Shown here one piece after another: positions 34,216 through 43,238 of a stretch of DNA of 64,000 nt. The notes beneath the pieces were generated by a model. It was not told where the DNA came from, did not search any database, and worked only from the letters and a program-made list of their open reading frames with translations. The translations under genes and the position numbers were made by a program. Within the stretch, counting starts at the first letter, position 1; each line of letters starts with the position of its first letter. The stretch is from an uncultured Actinomycetes bacterium (GTDB taxonomy: Bacteria > Actinomycetota > Thermoleophilia > Solirubrobacterales > 70-9). The stretch covers positions 5,737 through 69,736 of the forward strand of contig CAWEOH010000062.1 in NCBI GenBank assembly GCA_963810455.1, read 5' to 3'.

Positions 34216-34773
34216 TCACTCGAACAGGTCCGCGGCGGCGGCGCGGAACTCGTCGGGGAGCACGCCCCAGACCTCGCAGTCGTCGGTCGGTGCGTCGCCG
34301 TGGCCGCGCAGGTGGCCGCGCATCGTCCCCTCGTAGACCCAGCCGAGGCTGGCGACGGTCTTCTTCGCGATCTCGTTGCGGGCGGGGATGCGGCCGTAGA
34401 CGCGGTGGGCGCCGTACTCGTCGAATGCCCTGGCGATCGTCAGCGCCTCGGCGCGGCGGCCGACCCCCTTGCCGCGCACGTCGTCGCCGATCAGCGCCCC
34501 CAGCTCGGGCGCGGTCTGGCGGAAGAGCCCGTACAGCGCGGTGAAGCCGACCGGCTCCTCGTAGCCCTCGACGACGATCGCGAACTTGCGGTCCTCGCCG
34601 GAGTCGACCATCGCCCGCTCGACCCAGGCCTCGGCCTGCTCCATGGAAAACCCGTCGCGCTGCTCCATCAGCGACCTGGTCGCCTCGGGGTTGTTGAACC
34701 AGCGGTGCACCGCCGGCGCATCCCCGGGCTCGAAGGCGCGCAGGCTGACGGCGGGCTTCGGCCGATCGCTCAC
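34216..34773 (-). CDS. GNAT family N-acetyltransferase (RimJ/RimL-like)
   Basis: The 185-aa product contains LRAFEPGDAPAVHRWFNNPE...IGDDVRGKGVGRRAEALTIARAFDEYGAHRVYGRI..N..A. Confidence 0.85.
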   Translation of the reverse strand: MSDRPKPAVSLRAFEPGDAPAVHRWFNNPEATRSLMEQRDGFSMEQAEAWVERAMVDSGEDRKFAIVVEGYEEPVGFTALYGLFRQTAPELGALIGDDVRGKGVGRRAEALTIARAFDEYGAHRVYGRIPARNEIAKKTVASLGWVYEGTMRGHLRGHGDAPTDDCEVWGVLPDEFRAAAADLFE

Positions 34774-34795
34774 GCCGCGGACCCTATCCCAGCCG

Positions 34796-34842
34796 CCGAC
34801 GGGCCGATTTCCGGGGATATGCCCGGGAAATCGGCCCGTCGG
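34796..34842 (-). terminator. Near-perfect 19-bp hairpin downstream of the sugar-transferase operon (hairpin family member)
   Basis: CCGACGGGCCGATTTCCGGGG-ATAT-GCCCGGGAAATCGGCCCGTCGG. Its outer arms recur at 61424-61467 and, in minimal form, at 53073-53089. Confidence 0.6.
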
Positions 34843-34864
34843 CCCCCTGCATCTCGTCGGCGGC

Positions 34865-35428
34865 TCAGTCGGGGGCTAGGCCTTGGCCGGTCGCTACTCG
34901 CCAGATCGTGCGGGCGAGGATGCGGGCGTCGAGGGCGGCGGAGCGGTGGTCGACGTACCAGAGGTCGAGCTCGATCCGCTCCTCCCAGGGGATGCCGGCG
35001 CGGCCCTGGACCTGGGCCCAGCCGGTGATCCCGGGCAGCACCTCGTGGCGGCGCTTCTGGCGGTCGGTGTAGTCCTCGACCTGGGCGGGGATGGTGGGGC
35101 GCGGGCCGACGATCGCCATCTCGCCGCGCAGCACGTTGACCAGGTTGGGGATCTCGTCGAGCGAGGTGCGGCGGAGGAAGCGGCCGGCGGCGGTAACGCG
35201 CGGGTCGTCGCGGTAGACGACGGTGCCGACCCCGACCGGGTCGGAGCCCTCGACCATCGTCCGCAGCTTCAGCATCTCGAACTCCTCGCCGTGCAGGCCG
35301 ACGCGGCGCTGGCGGTAGATCACCGGGCCGCGGCTGCCGAGCCTGATCCAGAGCGCGGCGGCGAGCAGGACCGGCGAGAGGACGAGGAGCGCGAGCGAGG
35401 CGATCAGGAGGTCGGCGGCGCGCGGCAT
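34865..35428 (-). CDS. Polyprenyl-phosphate sugar-phosphate transferase (bacterial sugar transferase, WbaP/EpsL-like priming enzyme)
   Basis: The 187-aa product has one TM segment followed by ..YRQRRVGLHGEEFEMLKLRTM...LDEIPNLVNVLRGEMAIVGPRP. Confidence 0.9.
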   Translation of the reverse strand: MPRAADLLIASLALLVLSPVLLAAALWIRLGSRGPVIYRQRRVGLHGEEFEMLKLRTMVEGSDPVGVGTVVYRDDPRVTAAGRFLRRTSLDEIPNLVNVLRGEMAIVGPRPTIPAQVEDYTDRQKRRHEVLPGITGWAQVQGRAGIPWEERIELDLWYVDHRSAALDARILARTIWRVATGQGLAPD

Positions 35429-36575
35429 CAGCGGGTCCCCTCGGCCTTCTCCCAGCGGCCGGTCGAGCCGTGCCGCAGCCGGTCCCAGAGCCCGGCGGCG
35501 ATCGAGGCGGTGGTCAGCACGTAGTAGCGGGCGACGCGCAGCGGCGCCAGCGGCAGCCAGCGGGCGAGCAGGGCGGCGGCGAGCAGGGCCAGCTGCAGGG
35601 CCAGGGTGACCGTGTAGACCCAGCCGTGGCCGAGCAGGGCGACGTTGGCGAGCAGGGCGACGAGGTGCAGCAGCGGGCTGAGGTAGCGCAGCAGCCGGTG
35701 CGAGACCAGCTCGAAGGCGAAGAGGGCCGGGTAGCCGCGCAGGGAGACCATCCGCTCGCCGACGACGATGTCCCAGAGGCCGACCATCATCCGCCGTTTG
35801 CGGGCGAACTCGCCCTCGATCGTCGGCACCATCTTCTCCTCGGCGCGGGCGCCGGGCGCGTAGCGCGAGCGCAGGCGGCGCCTGGCGAGCGCGAAGGGGA
35901 AGCTGAGGTCGTGGCTGCCCGAGGGTCCCAGCGGCAGGTAGGCGTCGCGGCGCACCGCGTAGATCGCGCCGTTGCCGGCGGTGACCCCGGCCAGCGCCGA
36001 CTCCAGTTCCCGCACCGCCATCTCGTAGCGCCAGTAGGCGCCCTCGAGGTTGTCGCCCTCGGGGTCGAGGAAGCGGACCTGGCCGCAGACGTAGCCGACG
36101 GCGGGATCGGCGAAGGGGGCGACCAGGCGGCGCAACGCCTCCCGCGACCAGATGCTGTTGGCGTCGGAGAAGGCGAGGATCTCGCCGGCGGCCCGTTCGG
36201 CGGCGGCGTTGAGCGCGGCGACCTTGCCGCCGGGCGGCAGCTCGAGCACGAGGCCGGCGCCGGCGGCGCGGGCGCGCTCGGCGGTCGCGTCGGTGGAGCC
36301 GTCGGAGGCGACGATCACCTGCAGCCGCTCGCGCGGGTAGTCGAGGGCCAGCGCGTTGGCGACTTTGGCGGCGATCACCTCCTCCTCGTCGTAGGCCGGA
36401 ACGATGAGGGAGACGGTGGGAGACGGCTCGCGTCGGTGACTTCGAGCTTCCCGCGCTTGCGCTCGCGACCGCTCCGCGCGCGCACCAGCACCCACAGCAC
36501 CACCGGGTAGCCGAGGTGGGTGTAGACGATCAGGCCGGCGCTGAGCCAGAAGAGGATCGCGGCGAGGGCGGTCAC
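35428..36575 (-). CDS. Family 2 glycosyltransferase with an N-terminal TM segment, apparent -1 frameshift
   Basis: The catalytic part TVSLIVPAYDEEEVI...IVASDGSTD...SDANS is in one frame. A typical TM N-terminus (V)TALAAILFWLSAGLIVYTHLGYPVVLWVLV is in another, and it starts at a GTG that overlaps the upstream stop (GTGA, 36572-36575). The frames meet at 36416-36422; adding one C gives ...SRLPTVSLIVPAY. The span is 1148 nt, which is 3n+2. Confidence 0.7.
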
Positions 36576-37687
36576 CCGCGCGCCTCCAGCAGCTCGCGGT
36601 AGAGGTCGAGGGTGAGCCGGGCGGCCTCGTCCCAGGAGTAGGGGCCGGCGGCGGCGGCGCGGGCCGCCGCCGCAAGCTCCTCGCGGGCGCCCGGGTCGCC
36701 GATCAGCTCGCGCAGCGCCGCGGCGAGCGCGGCGGTGTCGCCGGGCTCGACCAGGCGGGCGGCACCGGCCTCGGCGACTTCGGGGAAGCCGCCGACGGCG
36801 CTCAGCACCAGCGGCTTGCCGAAAGCGAGCCCGGTGTAGAGGACGCCGGAGTGCTCGGCGTCGAGGTAGGGGAGGACGACCAGGTCTGCGGCGCGGAAGA
36901 TCGCCGGGATCTCGGCGTCCTCGACGAAGCGGGTGACGAAGCGGACGCGGGCGCCGGTCAGGGCGGCGAGCTCGTGCAGCGGCTCGACCGACATGCGCGG
37001 GTTGCCGACGATCCAGAGCTCGGCGCCCTCGAGCTCGCCGAACGCCTCGAGCAGGTTCTCCAGGCCCTTGTAGGGACGGAGCAGGCCGAAGGAGAGGACG
37101 ACCGGGCCCTCGGCCCCCGCCAGCTCGGCCGGCAGCGGCTTCTCCTCCGGCAGCCGGGTCAGGTAGTCGAAGGCGCCGTGGGGGATGACGCGGACCCGCT
37201 CGGCCGGCAGGCCCACCTCCTCGCGCAGGCGGCGGGCGCTGTGCTCGGAATGGGCGACGACGGCGTCCATGCGGTCGAAGACGCGGTGGGCGGCGTGGAC
37301 CTGGCGGCGGCTCGGGCGCGGCGGCAGGATGTAGTGCGCGGTCATCACTCGCGGGCGCAGCGGCGGCAGCAGGTGGGCGTCGAGGGCGGGCGCGGTGAGC
37401 CACTGGTAGTGGACGACGTCGGCGGCGGCCTGGCGGCGGTAGCGCAGCATGTCCGGCAGGTGCTCGGTGGCCTTGAAGGGGAGGCGGCCGGTGGCGCCGA
37501 GGCCGCGGGCGGCGGTGCGGCGGTAGAAGCGCTCGCTGACCGTGTAGCCGTCGGCGGGCGGGACCGAGCCGTAGAGGAAGCGGCTGGTGAGCAGCTCGAC
37601 CTCGGCGCCGGCCCGGGCGAGCGCCGCCGCCAGGGCGCGGTCATAGGGCGGCGTGAACGCGGATGGGTCGACTAGCTGGACTTTCAT
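36572..37687 (-). CDS. Family 4 (GT-B, group 1) glycosyltransferase
   Basis: The gene starts at ATG 37687 (MKVQLVDPSAFTPPYDRALA). The C-terminus contains ...LPYLDAEHSGVLYTGLAFGKPLVLSAVGGFPE, an EX7E-type region. Confidence 0.88.
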   Translation of the reverse strand: MKVQLVDPSAFTPPYDRALAAALARAGAEVELLTSRFLYGSVPPADGYTVSERFYRRTAARGLGATGRLPFKATEHLPDMLRYRRQAAADVVHYQWLTAPALDAHLLPPLRPRVMTAHYILPPRPSRRQVHAAHRVFDRMDAVVAHSEHSARRLREEVGLPAERVRVIPHGAFDYLTRLPEEKPLPAELAGAEGPVVLSFGLLRPYKGLENLLEAFGELEGAELWIVGNPRMSVEPLHELAALTGARVRFVTRFVEDAEIPAIFRAADLVVLPYLDAEHSGVLYTGLAFGKPLVLSAVGGFPEVAEAGAARLVEPGDTAALAAALRELIGDPGAREELAAAARAAAAGPYSWDEAARLTLDLYRELLEARG

Positions 37688-37708
37688 CGGCTGCGGTGTG
37701 TGCATATT

Positions 37709-37729
37709 GGTGATTGCGGCGCAATCACC
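37709..37729. promoter_or_regulatory. Perfect 21-bp palindrome in a divergent glycosyltransferase promoter (operator candidate)
   Basis: GGTGATTGCG-G-CGCAATCACC has 10-bp arms and a 1-nt centre, so a hairpin is sterically unlikely. It lies between the GT4 start (37687, minus strand) and the GT2 start (about 37748, plus strand). Confidence 0.55.
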
Positions 37730-37747
37730 CCGGGACGGGCGATTATC

Positions 37748-38674
37748 GTGGCCCCCTTGGCCCCCGCGCTCTCCTACTGCGTCGTGAACACCAACGGCCG
37801 CGAGTACCTGCTGGCCTGCCTGCGGGCGATCGAGGCGACGCACCCGGAGGGCGTCGAGCGCGAGGTGCTCGTCCTCGACAACGCCTCGACGGACGGCTCG
37901 GCGGCGGCGGTGCGGGAGCTGGGCGGCGAGATCGAGCTGATCGAGCGCCAGCGGCCGACCGGCAAGTCCGAGAACGACTCGACGCTGCTGCAGCGGGCGC
38001 GCGGGCGCTACTGCCTGCTGCTCAACGAGGACTCAGAGCTGCGGCCGGGCGCGGCGGCGGCGCTGGTGCGGGCGCTCGACGCCGACCCGCGGGCGGCGGC
38101 AGCGACCCCGCAGCTGCTCGACTCCGCGGGCGACCCGACCCCCTGCGCCTGGCGCTTCCCCGGGGTCGGGACGGCGCTCGCCGGCGCCCTCTTCCTGCAC
38201 CGGTGGCTGACCGTGCAGAGCGGCGGCACGGAGACCCGCCGGGTCGGATGGGCGCAGTCGAGCGCGCTGCTGGTGCGCCGCGAGGCGGCGGCCGAGGTCG
38301 GCTACCTCGACCCGGACTTCTTCGTCTACTACGACGAGTGCGACTTTGCCCGGCGGCTGGCCGACGCCGGCTGGCACGAGCTCTACGTCCCCGCGGCCGA
38401 GGCGGTCCACCACGACCAGCTCTCCACCGACCTCGCCGCCGGGCTGCCGCGGATCGTCGAATTCCACCGCAACCGCGACCTCTACATGCGAAAGCACCAC
38501 GGCCCCGCCGCCGCCCGCGCCGTGCGCTGGCTGACCGCCTGGTCCTACGCCGTCCGCGCGGCGGCCGCGACCGTCATCCCCGGCCAGCCGGCGGACGTCT
38601 ACCGCGCCCACGCGCGGCAGGCGCTCCACCCCGAGCGCGGCGAGTCGATCGCGGACCGGGCGACTAGGACCTGA
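37748..38674 (+). CDS. Family 2 glycosyltransferase
   Basis: The product contains LSYCVVNTNGREYLLACLRAI...VLVLDNASTDGS...LLLNEDSEL (DxD-like) ...YYDECDFARR. I placed the start at GTG 37748; the ORF is open from GTG 37700. Confidence 0.85.
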   Translation: MAPLAPALSYCVVNTNGREYLLACLRAIEATHPEGVEREVLVLDNASTDGSAAAVRELGGEIELIERQRPTGKSENDSTLLQRARGRYCLLLNEDSELRPGAAAALVRALDADPRAAAATPQLLDSAGDPTPCAWRFPGVGTALAGALFLHRWLTVQSGGTETRRVGWAQSSALLVRREAAAEVGYLDPDFFVYYDECDFARRLADAGWHELYVPAAEAVHHDQLSTDLAAGLPRIVEFHRNRDLYMRKHHGPAAARAVRWLTAWSYAVRAAAATVIPGQPADVYRAHARQALHPERGESIADRATRT

Positions 38675-40232
38675 GGTCCTCGTCCATGCGCTCCACCTCG
38701 TAGACCTCGGGGAGGCGGGCGCCCTCGACGGCGGGCTGCTCGCCCAGCGCGCGCAGCTCGATCGCCAGCGCCCGGGGGCGGCGCAGGAGGAAGAGCCAGG
38801 CGCGCTCGCCGGCGGTGAAGAAGCCGCTGAGGAAGAGCGCGGCGGGGTAGGCGGCGAGGAGGACGGCGCGGAGCAGGAAGCCGTCGAGGCCCGAGGTCGG
38901 AACGAGCAGTTCGGCGAGGCCGACGAGCGCGGCGGAGACCGCCACCACCCGCAGCAGGCGCCCCCACTGGTAGGGCACCGGGAAGAGCCGCTGGGTGAAC
39001 GCGTACATGAGGACGACGACGACGAGGTAGGAGCCGACCAGGGCGAGGCCGGCGCCGACGATCCCCAGCGGCGGCACCAGGATCAGGTTGAGGGCGACGT
39101 TGGCGAGCAGGGCGGCGATCGCCGCCGGCAGGTTGAACTCGGTGCGGCCGGTCCGGCCGAGGATCACGACCATCACCATGTAGAGCGCGTAGAGGGTGAC
39201 CGCGGCGGAGACGAGCCCGACCGCTTCGTAGGCGTCGAAGAAGTCCGGCGCGGCGAGGGCGCGGACGATCCAGCGCGAGAACAGCCACATGCCGGTGACG
39301 ACGAAGGCGCAGCCGGCGGTGAAGAGGGTGACGACGGTGGCGTAGACGCGGCGCGCCTCGCCGTCCTCGCGGATCGAGTAGGCGAGCGGCGGCCAGGCGA
39401 GCTGGAAGCCGCGGACGAGGACGTTGACCGCCTGCGCGAACTTGACCGCGATCGAGTAGAGGCCGGCCTCGGCGGCGCCGAGCGAGCGGAGGATGATCAG
39501 CCGGTCGGCGAAGTTGAGCAGGTAGAGCGAGACCTCGGCCGGCATCGTCGGCACGCCGAAGCGGAAGAGCCGCCGCAGCAGCGCCGGGTCGAAGCGCAGC
39601 GAGAGCCGCCGCCACTGCAGCGCGATCAGGCCGAGGACGAAGGCGGCGCCGGCCGCGTAGCTGCCGACCAGCAGGCCGCGCGAGCCCTCGCCGAGACCGA
39701 CGACGAGGACGACGGTGAGGGCGATCGTCGCCAGCACGTTGAGGACGGTGGTGAGGAAGTAGGCCCGCGCCCGCTCCTCGAGTCGGAACAGGGTGAGCAT
39801 GAACTCCCAGAGGGTCGCCACCCAGAGGCCGCCGATCGAGATCCGGACCAGCTCGGTCGCGCTCGCGCCGCCCAGTTCGGCGCGGACTTCGGCGGAGAAC
39901 AGCGCTTCGGAGATCGGCGTCGCCAGCGGCAGCAGGACGAGCCCGCCGACGGTCGCCAGCCAGAAGAGGCCGGCGAAGCTGCTGCGCACGACCGCCGCCG
40001 GGTCCTCGTCGTCGCGGTAGTAGAAGCGCAGGATCGCCTCGATCAGGCCGAAGCGGACGACGATGCTGGCCGAGACGACCGCGGCGAAGAGGACCTCGGC
40101 GACGCCGTAGTCGCCGGTGCTGAGGTGCCGCGTGTAGAGCGGCAGGAGCGCGACCGCGATCAGCTTCGAGAGGATGCTGGCCGCGGTGTAGGCGGCCCCG
40201 GTGCTCGCCAGGCGGCGCAGGTAGCCCGACAT
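38664..40232 (-). CDS. Polysaccharide flippase (Wzx/MOP superfamily)
   Basis: The 522-aa product has about 12-14 TM segments. The N-terminus LASTGAAYTAASILSKLIAVALLPLYTRHLSTGDYG is typical of oligosaccharide flippases. Confidence 0.85.
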   Translation of the reverse strand: MSGYLRRLASTGAAYTAASILSKLIAVALLPLYTRHLSTGDYGVAEVLFAAVVSASIVVRFGLIEAILRFYYRDDEDPAAVVRSSFAGLFWLATVGGLVLLPLATPISEALFSAEVRAELGGASATELVRISIGGLWVATLWEFMLTLFRLEERARAYFLTTVLNVLATIALTVVLVVGLGEGSRGLLVGSYAAGAAFVLGLIALQWRRLSLRFDPALLRRLFRFGVPTMPAEVSLYLLNFADRLIILRSLGAAEAGLYSIAVKFAQAVNVLVRGFQLAWPPLAYSIREDGEARRVYATVVTLFTAGCAFVVTGMWLFSRWIVRALAAPDFFDAYEAVGLVSAAVTLYALYMVMVVILGRTGRTEFNLPAAIAALLANVALNLILVPPLGIVGAGLALVGSYLVVVVLMYAFTQRLFPVPYQWGRLLRVVAVSAALVGLAELLVPTSGLDGFLLRAVLLAAYPAALFLSGFFTAGERAWLFLLRRPRALAIELRALGEQPAVEGARLPEVYEVERMDEDLRS

Positions 40233-40241
40233 GGCGCGAGC

Positions 40242-41918
40242 CTACGCGGGGTCGCGGACCGCCGCCGGGGCGGCGGCGGTCGCGGTCATCGCCGTGCCCT
40301 CGCGCGTCGCGGCCGCGGCGAGCGAGACCCCGGCCGCCAGCAGCACCCAGGTGATCGGGTCCTCGAAGAACCCCGCGTAGGCCAGCGTGTGGACCAGCAG
40401 GGCGACGAAGGCCGCCAGAACGGCCGCTCGGGCGACCAGGGACGGAGGGCTCCGGCCGGCGGCGGCTCCCCACAGACCTGAGGCCATCGTCCAGATAGCT
40501 GCGGCGACGAGGGCGACATAGAGAAAGGTGCCGATTACTCCCTGCTCGGCGAGGACCGTGACCGGCTCGGTGTGGGAGACGGAGACGGGGACGTCCTTGT
40601 TCTGGCGGTGGGCGCGGTAGGCGGCCTGGAAGGATCCCGAGCCGTAACCCCAGAGCGGGCGTTCGCTCCACATTTCGAGGCCGCCTTCGACCAGGTCGGC
40701 GCGGCCGCTGAAGAGGATGTTGAGCCGCAGTTTGCCCGAGGTGCCGACGATCGCGACGATCGCGACGAGACCGACCGCGACGGCGCCGACCGTCCAACGC
40801 CAGTTCCAGCGCAGCGAGGCGAGCAGCGCGAGGCCGGCGAGCAGCGCCAGGTAGCTCGACTCCGAGTAGGTCTGGGTGAGTCCGAACCAGAGGAAGGCGA
40901 CGAGCGCGGCGAGCAGGGCGAGGTCGCGCCGGCCGCGCGCCCAGAGCAGCGGCGCGACGGCGACGACGATCACCAGCGCCAGGTAGCGGCCGTAGATGTT
41001 GGGGTCCCAGAAGACCGAGTTGACGCGGAAGTAGGTGTGGAATTCGTTGGAGCGGATGACCGCGTGGTTCCAGAACAGGCTCTGGCTGGCGAGCTCGACG
41101 GTGCCGACGACGACGAAGGCGCAGGCCTCGATCCCGACCAGCCAGAGGACCAGGGTCAGCAGGCGGCGGTCCCACTCGACGTCCTGCAGGAGCGCGTAGG
41201 CGACGGTGAAGGGGACGAGGAAGAAGCAGGTGCTCTGGATCGCCTTGCTGACGTCCTCGGAGTAGAGGCCCTGCAGGGCGTAGAGGAGGACGAAGGCGGC
41301 CAGCAGGCGCGGGACCCAGACGGCGGCGCTTCGGGCCCGCACGGCGGCGCTCCGGGGCCGGACAGGAGTGCTTCGGCGGGCGGGTCCCGTCACAGATGGG
41401 GAGTCCTGCGGGCGGGGCAAACTGGCTCCGTTCTCGGACTCCCCATCTGCGCCACCCGCCCGAGGGGGGTCACCGCCGGACGGGGGAGCGCCCCCGCCGG
41501 ATCCGCCGATGCTCGTGGTGGGCCAATCGCGGACGAGCTTGGCGACTGCGCCGGCGGCTATCACCAGGTAGAGCGGGACCAGGAGGTTGGCGGTGTCGCC
41601 TCCGGCGTGGAGCGGGACGCGGAAGGGGAGCGCGGCGACTATGGCCAGCGGGAGGAGCAGCCGCCAGCGGTAGAAGGCATAGGCGAAGGCGGCGAGGGCG
41701 GCGGCGCCGATCGCGAGCGGGGCGACGATGCGCATGGTGTGTTCGCGGAGGTCGGCGATCTGCTGGCTGTGCCACTGGTCGCCGATGATCAGGACCGGGG
41801 AGAGGGCGAGGGCGAGGAGCATCGCCAGCGAGCGGGCACGGCCCGCGGGCAGCAGGATCGACGCCCCGGCGGCGGCCGCGGCGAGCAGCAGCCCGGCGCC
41901 GGCGAGGACGCCGCTCAA
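40242..41918 (-). CDS. O-antigen ligase/polymerase-like (Wzy_C domain) membrane protein with a low-complexity insert
   Basis: The TTG start at 41918 lies behind AAGGAGA and overlaps the upstream stop (TTGA). The protein has multiple TM segments. A Gly/Pro/Ser/Ala-rich insert of about 70 aa reads ...SIGGSGGGAPPSGGDPPRAGGADGESENGASLPRPQDSPSVTGPARRS.... Confidence 0.75.
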   Translation of the reverse strand: MSGVLAGAGLLLAAAAAGASILLPAGRARSLAMLLALALSPVLIIGDQWHSQQIADLREHTMRIVAPLAIGAAALAAFAYAFYRWRLLLPLAIVAALPFRVPLHAGGDTANLLVPLYLVIAAGAVAKLVRDWPTTSIGGSGGGAPPSGGDPPRAGGADGESENGASLPRPQDSPSVTGPARRSTPVRPRSAAVRARSAAVWVPRLLAAFVLLYALQGLYSEDVSKAIQSTCFFLVPFTVAYALLQDVEWDRRLLTLVLWLVGIEACAFVVVGTVELASQSLFWNHAVIRSNEFHTYFRVNSVFWDPNIYGRYLALVIVVAVAPLLWARGRRDLALLAALVAFLWFGLTQTYSESSYLALLAGLALLASLRWNWRWTVGAVAVGLVAIVAIVGTSGKLRLNILFSGRADLVEGGLEMWSERPLWGYGSGSFQAAYRAHRQNKDVPVSVSHTEPVTVLAEQGVIGTFLYVALVAAAIWTMASGLWGAAAGRSPPSLVARAAVLAAFVALLVHTLAYAGFFEDPITWVLLAAGVSLAAAATREGTAMTATAAAPAAVRDPA

Positions 41919-42463
41919 GGTTCTCCTTCGCCCGCCGGCCGGACCCCGCCGGTGCCGCCGGCGCAGGCGCTGGGGCGCTTGGGCTTCACCTCGTGCAGCT
42001 TGATCACGCCCGCCGGCACCAGCGTCCGGCCTTCGCCGAGCAGCTTCACCCGCAGCTTGTAGGGGCCGGGCGGGGCGATGCCGCCATCGCGCTGGCGGCC
42101 GTCCCAGTGGTAGTTGTGGAACGTGTAGCGCTTGAGGAAGACGTCGTGGGCGAGGGTGCGGACGACGCGCCCGTTCGGCTTGACGATCTGCACAGTCCCC
42201 TGGTCGGAGACGGTGGTGCGGAAGCGGATCGGGATCTTGTCCTGGCGGCAATCTCCGTTCGGCGTGAAGCTGGCGACTTCCCTGCCGCGCTTCTTCGCCT
42301 TCCCCTGCGGTCCGAGGTGGACCCGGTCGAGGACCAGCGGGTCGCGCTTGACCCGCTGCGCGTAGGCGAAGGCGCCGACGGTGGCGAACACCAGCAGCGC
42401 GAAGACGATCGCCGCGGCGCTGACTGGGAGGCGAGGCCGGCCGCTATTCGGCCGGCGCCGCAT
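41915..42463 (-). CDS. Membrane-anchored FlgD-Ig-like (beta-sandwich) domain protein
   Basis: The 182-aa product has an N-terminal TM segment (AAAIVFALLVFATVGAFAYA). This is followed by ..FTPNGDCRQDKIPIRFRT..QGTVQIVKPNGRVVRTL....YTFHNYHWDGRQRDGGIAPPGPYKLRVKL, the FlgD Ig-like pattern. Confidence 0.7.
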   Translation of the reverse strand: MRRRPNSGRPRLPVSAAAIVFALLVFATVGAFAYAQRVKRDPLVLDRVHLGPQGKAKKRGREVASFTPNGDCRQDKIPIRFRTTVSDQGTVQIVKPNGRVVRTLAHDVFLKRYTFHNYHWDGRQRDGGIAPPGPYKLRVKLLGEGRTLVPAGVIKLHEVKPKRPSACAGGTGGVRPAGEGEP

Positions 42464-43224
42464 TGTCCTCGCCGACGACGACCGCCACGTCGGCGCCGCC
42501 GGCGAGGCCTCGGATTTCGCCGTTCATCAGCCCCAGCTTCGAAATCGAGAGCTGCTTGGCGACCTTCTGCGCCTCGGGCTTGTGGCCGCGCGAGTACATG
42601 ACGGCGCTCTTTTCGTAGCCCTGGACGGTGTTGGTGACGGCGCCGAGTTCGAACCCCTTGTTTTCGACCTTTTCGCCGTAGACGGCGGCGAGCCCGGGGG
42701 TCGCGGTGCCGTTGAGGACGGTGACCTCGATTTCGCCGGGGGCGACCTTGACCGCGGCGGCTTTCTTGGAGCCGCCCTTGCCGTCGGCTTCGCCGCTTGG
42801 AGCTGCTGAGGACCGCGTAGGCGACCCCGCCGACGACGAGGAGGACGACGAGGAACAGGGCGATCAGCCAGCGCGGCTGGGCGAGGCTCTCGCCGAAGCT
42901 GGACAGGCCGCCGCGGATCCGCTCGCCGCGGCTGACCTCGGGCAACCCTTCCTCGCGCCGCCGGCGGCGCTGCTCGCGCTCGGCGACCGCCTCATGCTCG
43001 GCCGTCCGGGCCTCCTCCAGCGCCCGCAGCTCTTCCGCCCGCTGCGCGGCGATCGTCGAGGTCGCCTCTTTGCGCTCCTCGTCGCGCTCGGGCGCCGAGC
43101 CCGCCCACTCGCGCAGGCGACGGATGTCGCGGCCGTGGGCGAACGCGAGCAGGGCAAGGATGGCAAGCCCCAAAAAAGCGGCCAAGCCCGCGTAGGAGCC
43201 GATTTCCTTGATCAGATCGAACAA
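42444..43224 (-). CDS. Two-TM coiled-coil protein with a C-terminal LytR_C domain, apparent +1 frameshift
   Basis: The N-terminus runs MFDLIKEIGSYAGLAAFLGLAILALLAF...(charged coiled coil)...WLIALFLVVLLVVGG. The C-terminal domain ..VKVAPGEIEVTVLNGTATPGLAAVYGEKVENKGFELGAVTNT...AVMYSRGHKPEAQKVAKQL...VAVVVGED is in another frame with no start codon of its own. The frames meet within 42800-42830, which includes the C4 run at 42825-42828. The span is 781 nt, which is 3n+1. Confidence 0.65.
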
Positions 43225-43238
43225 GTGGCTGCGAGAGG

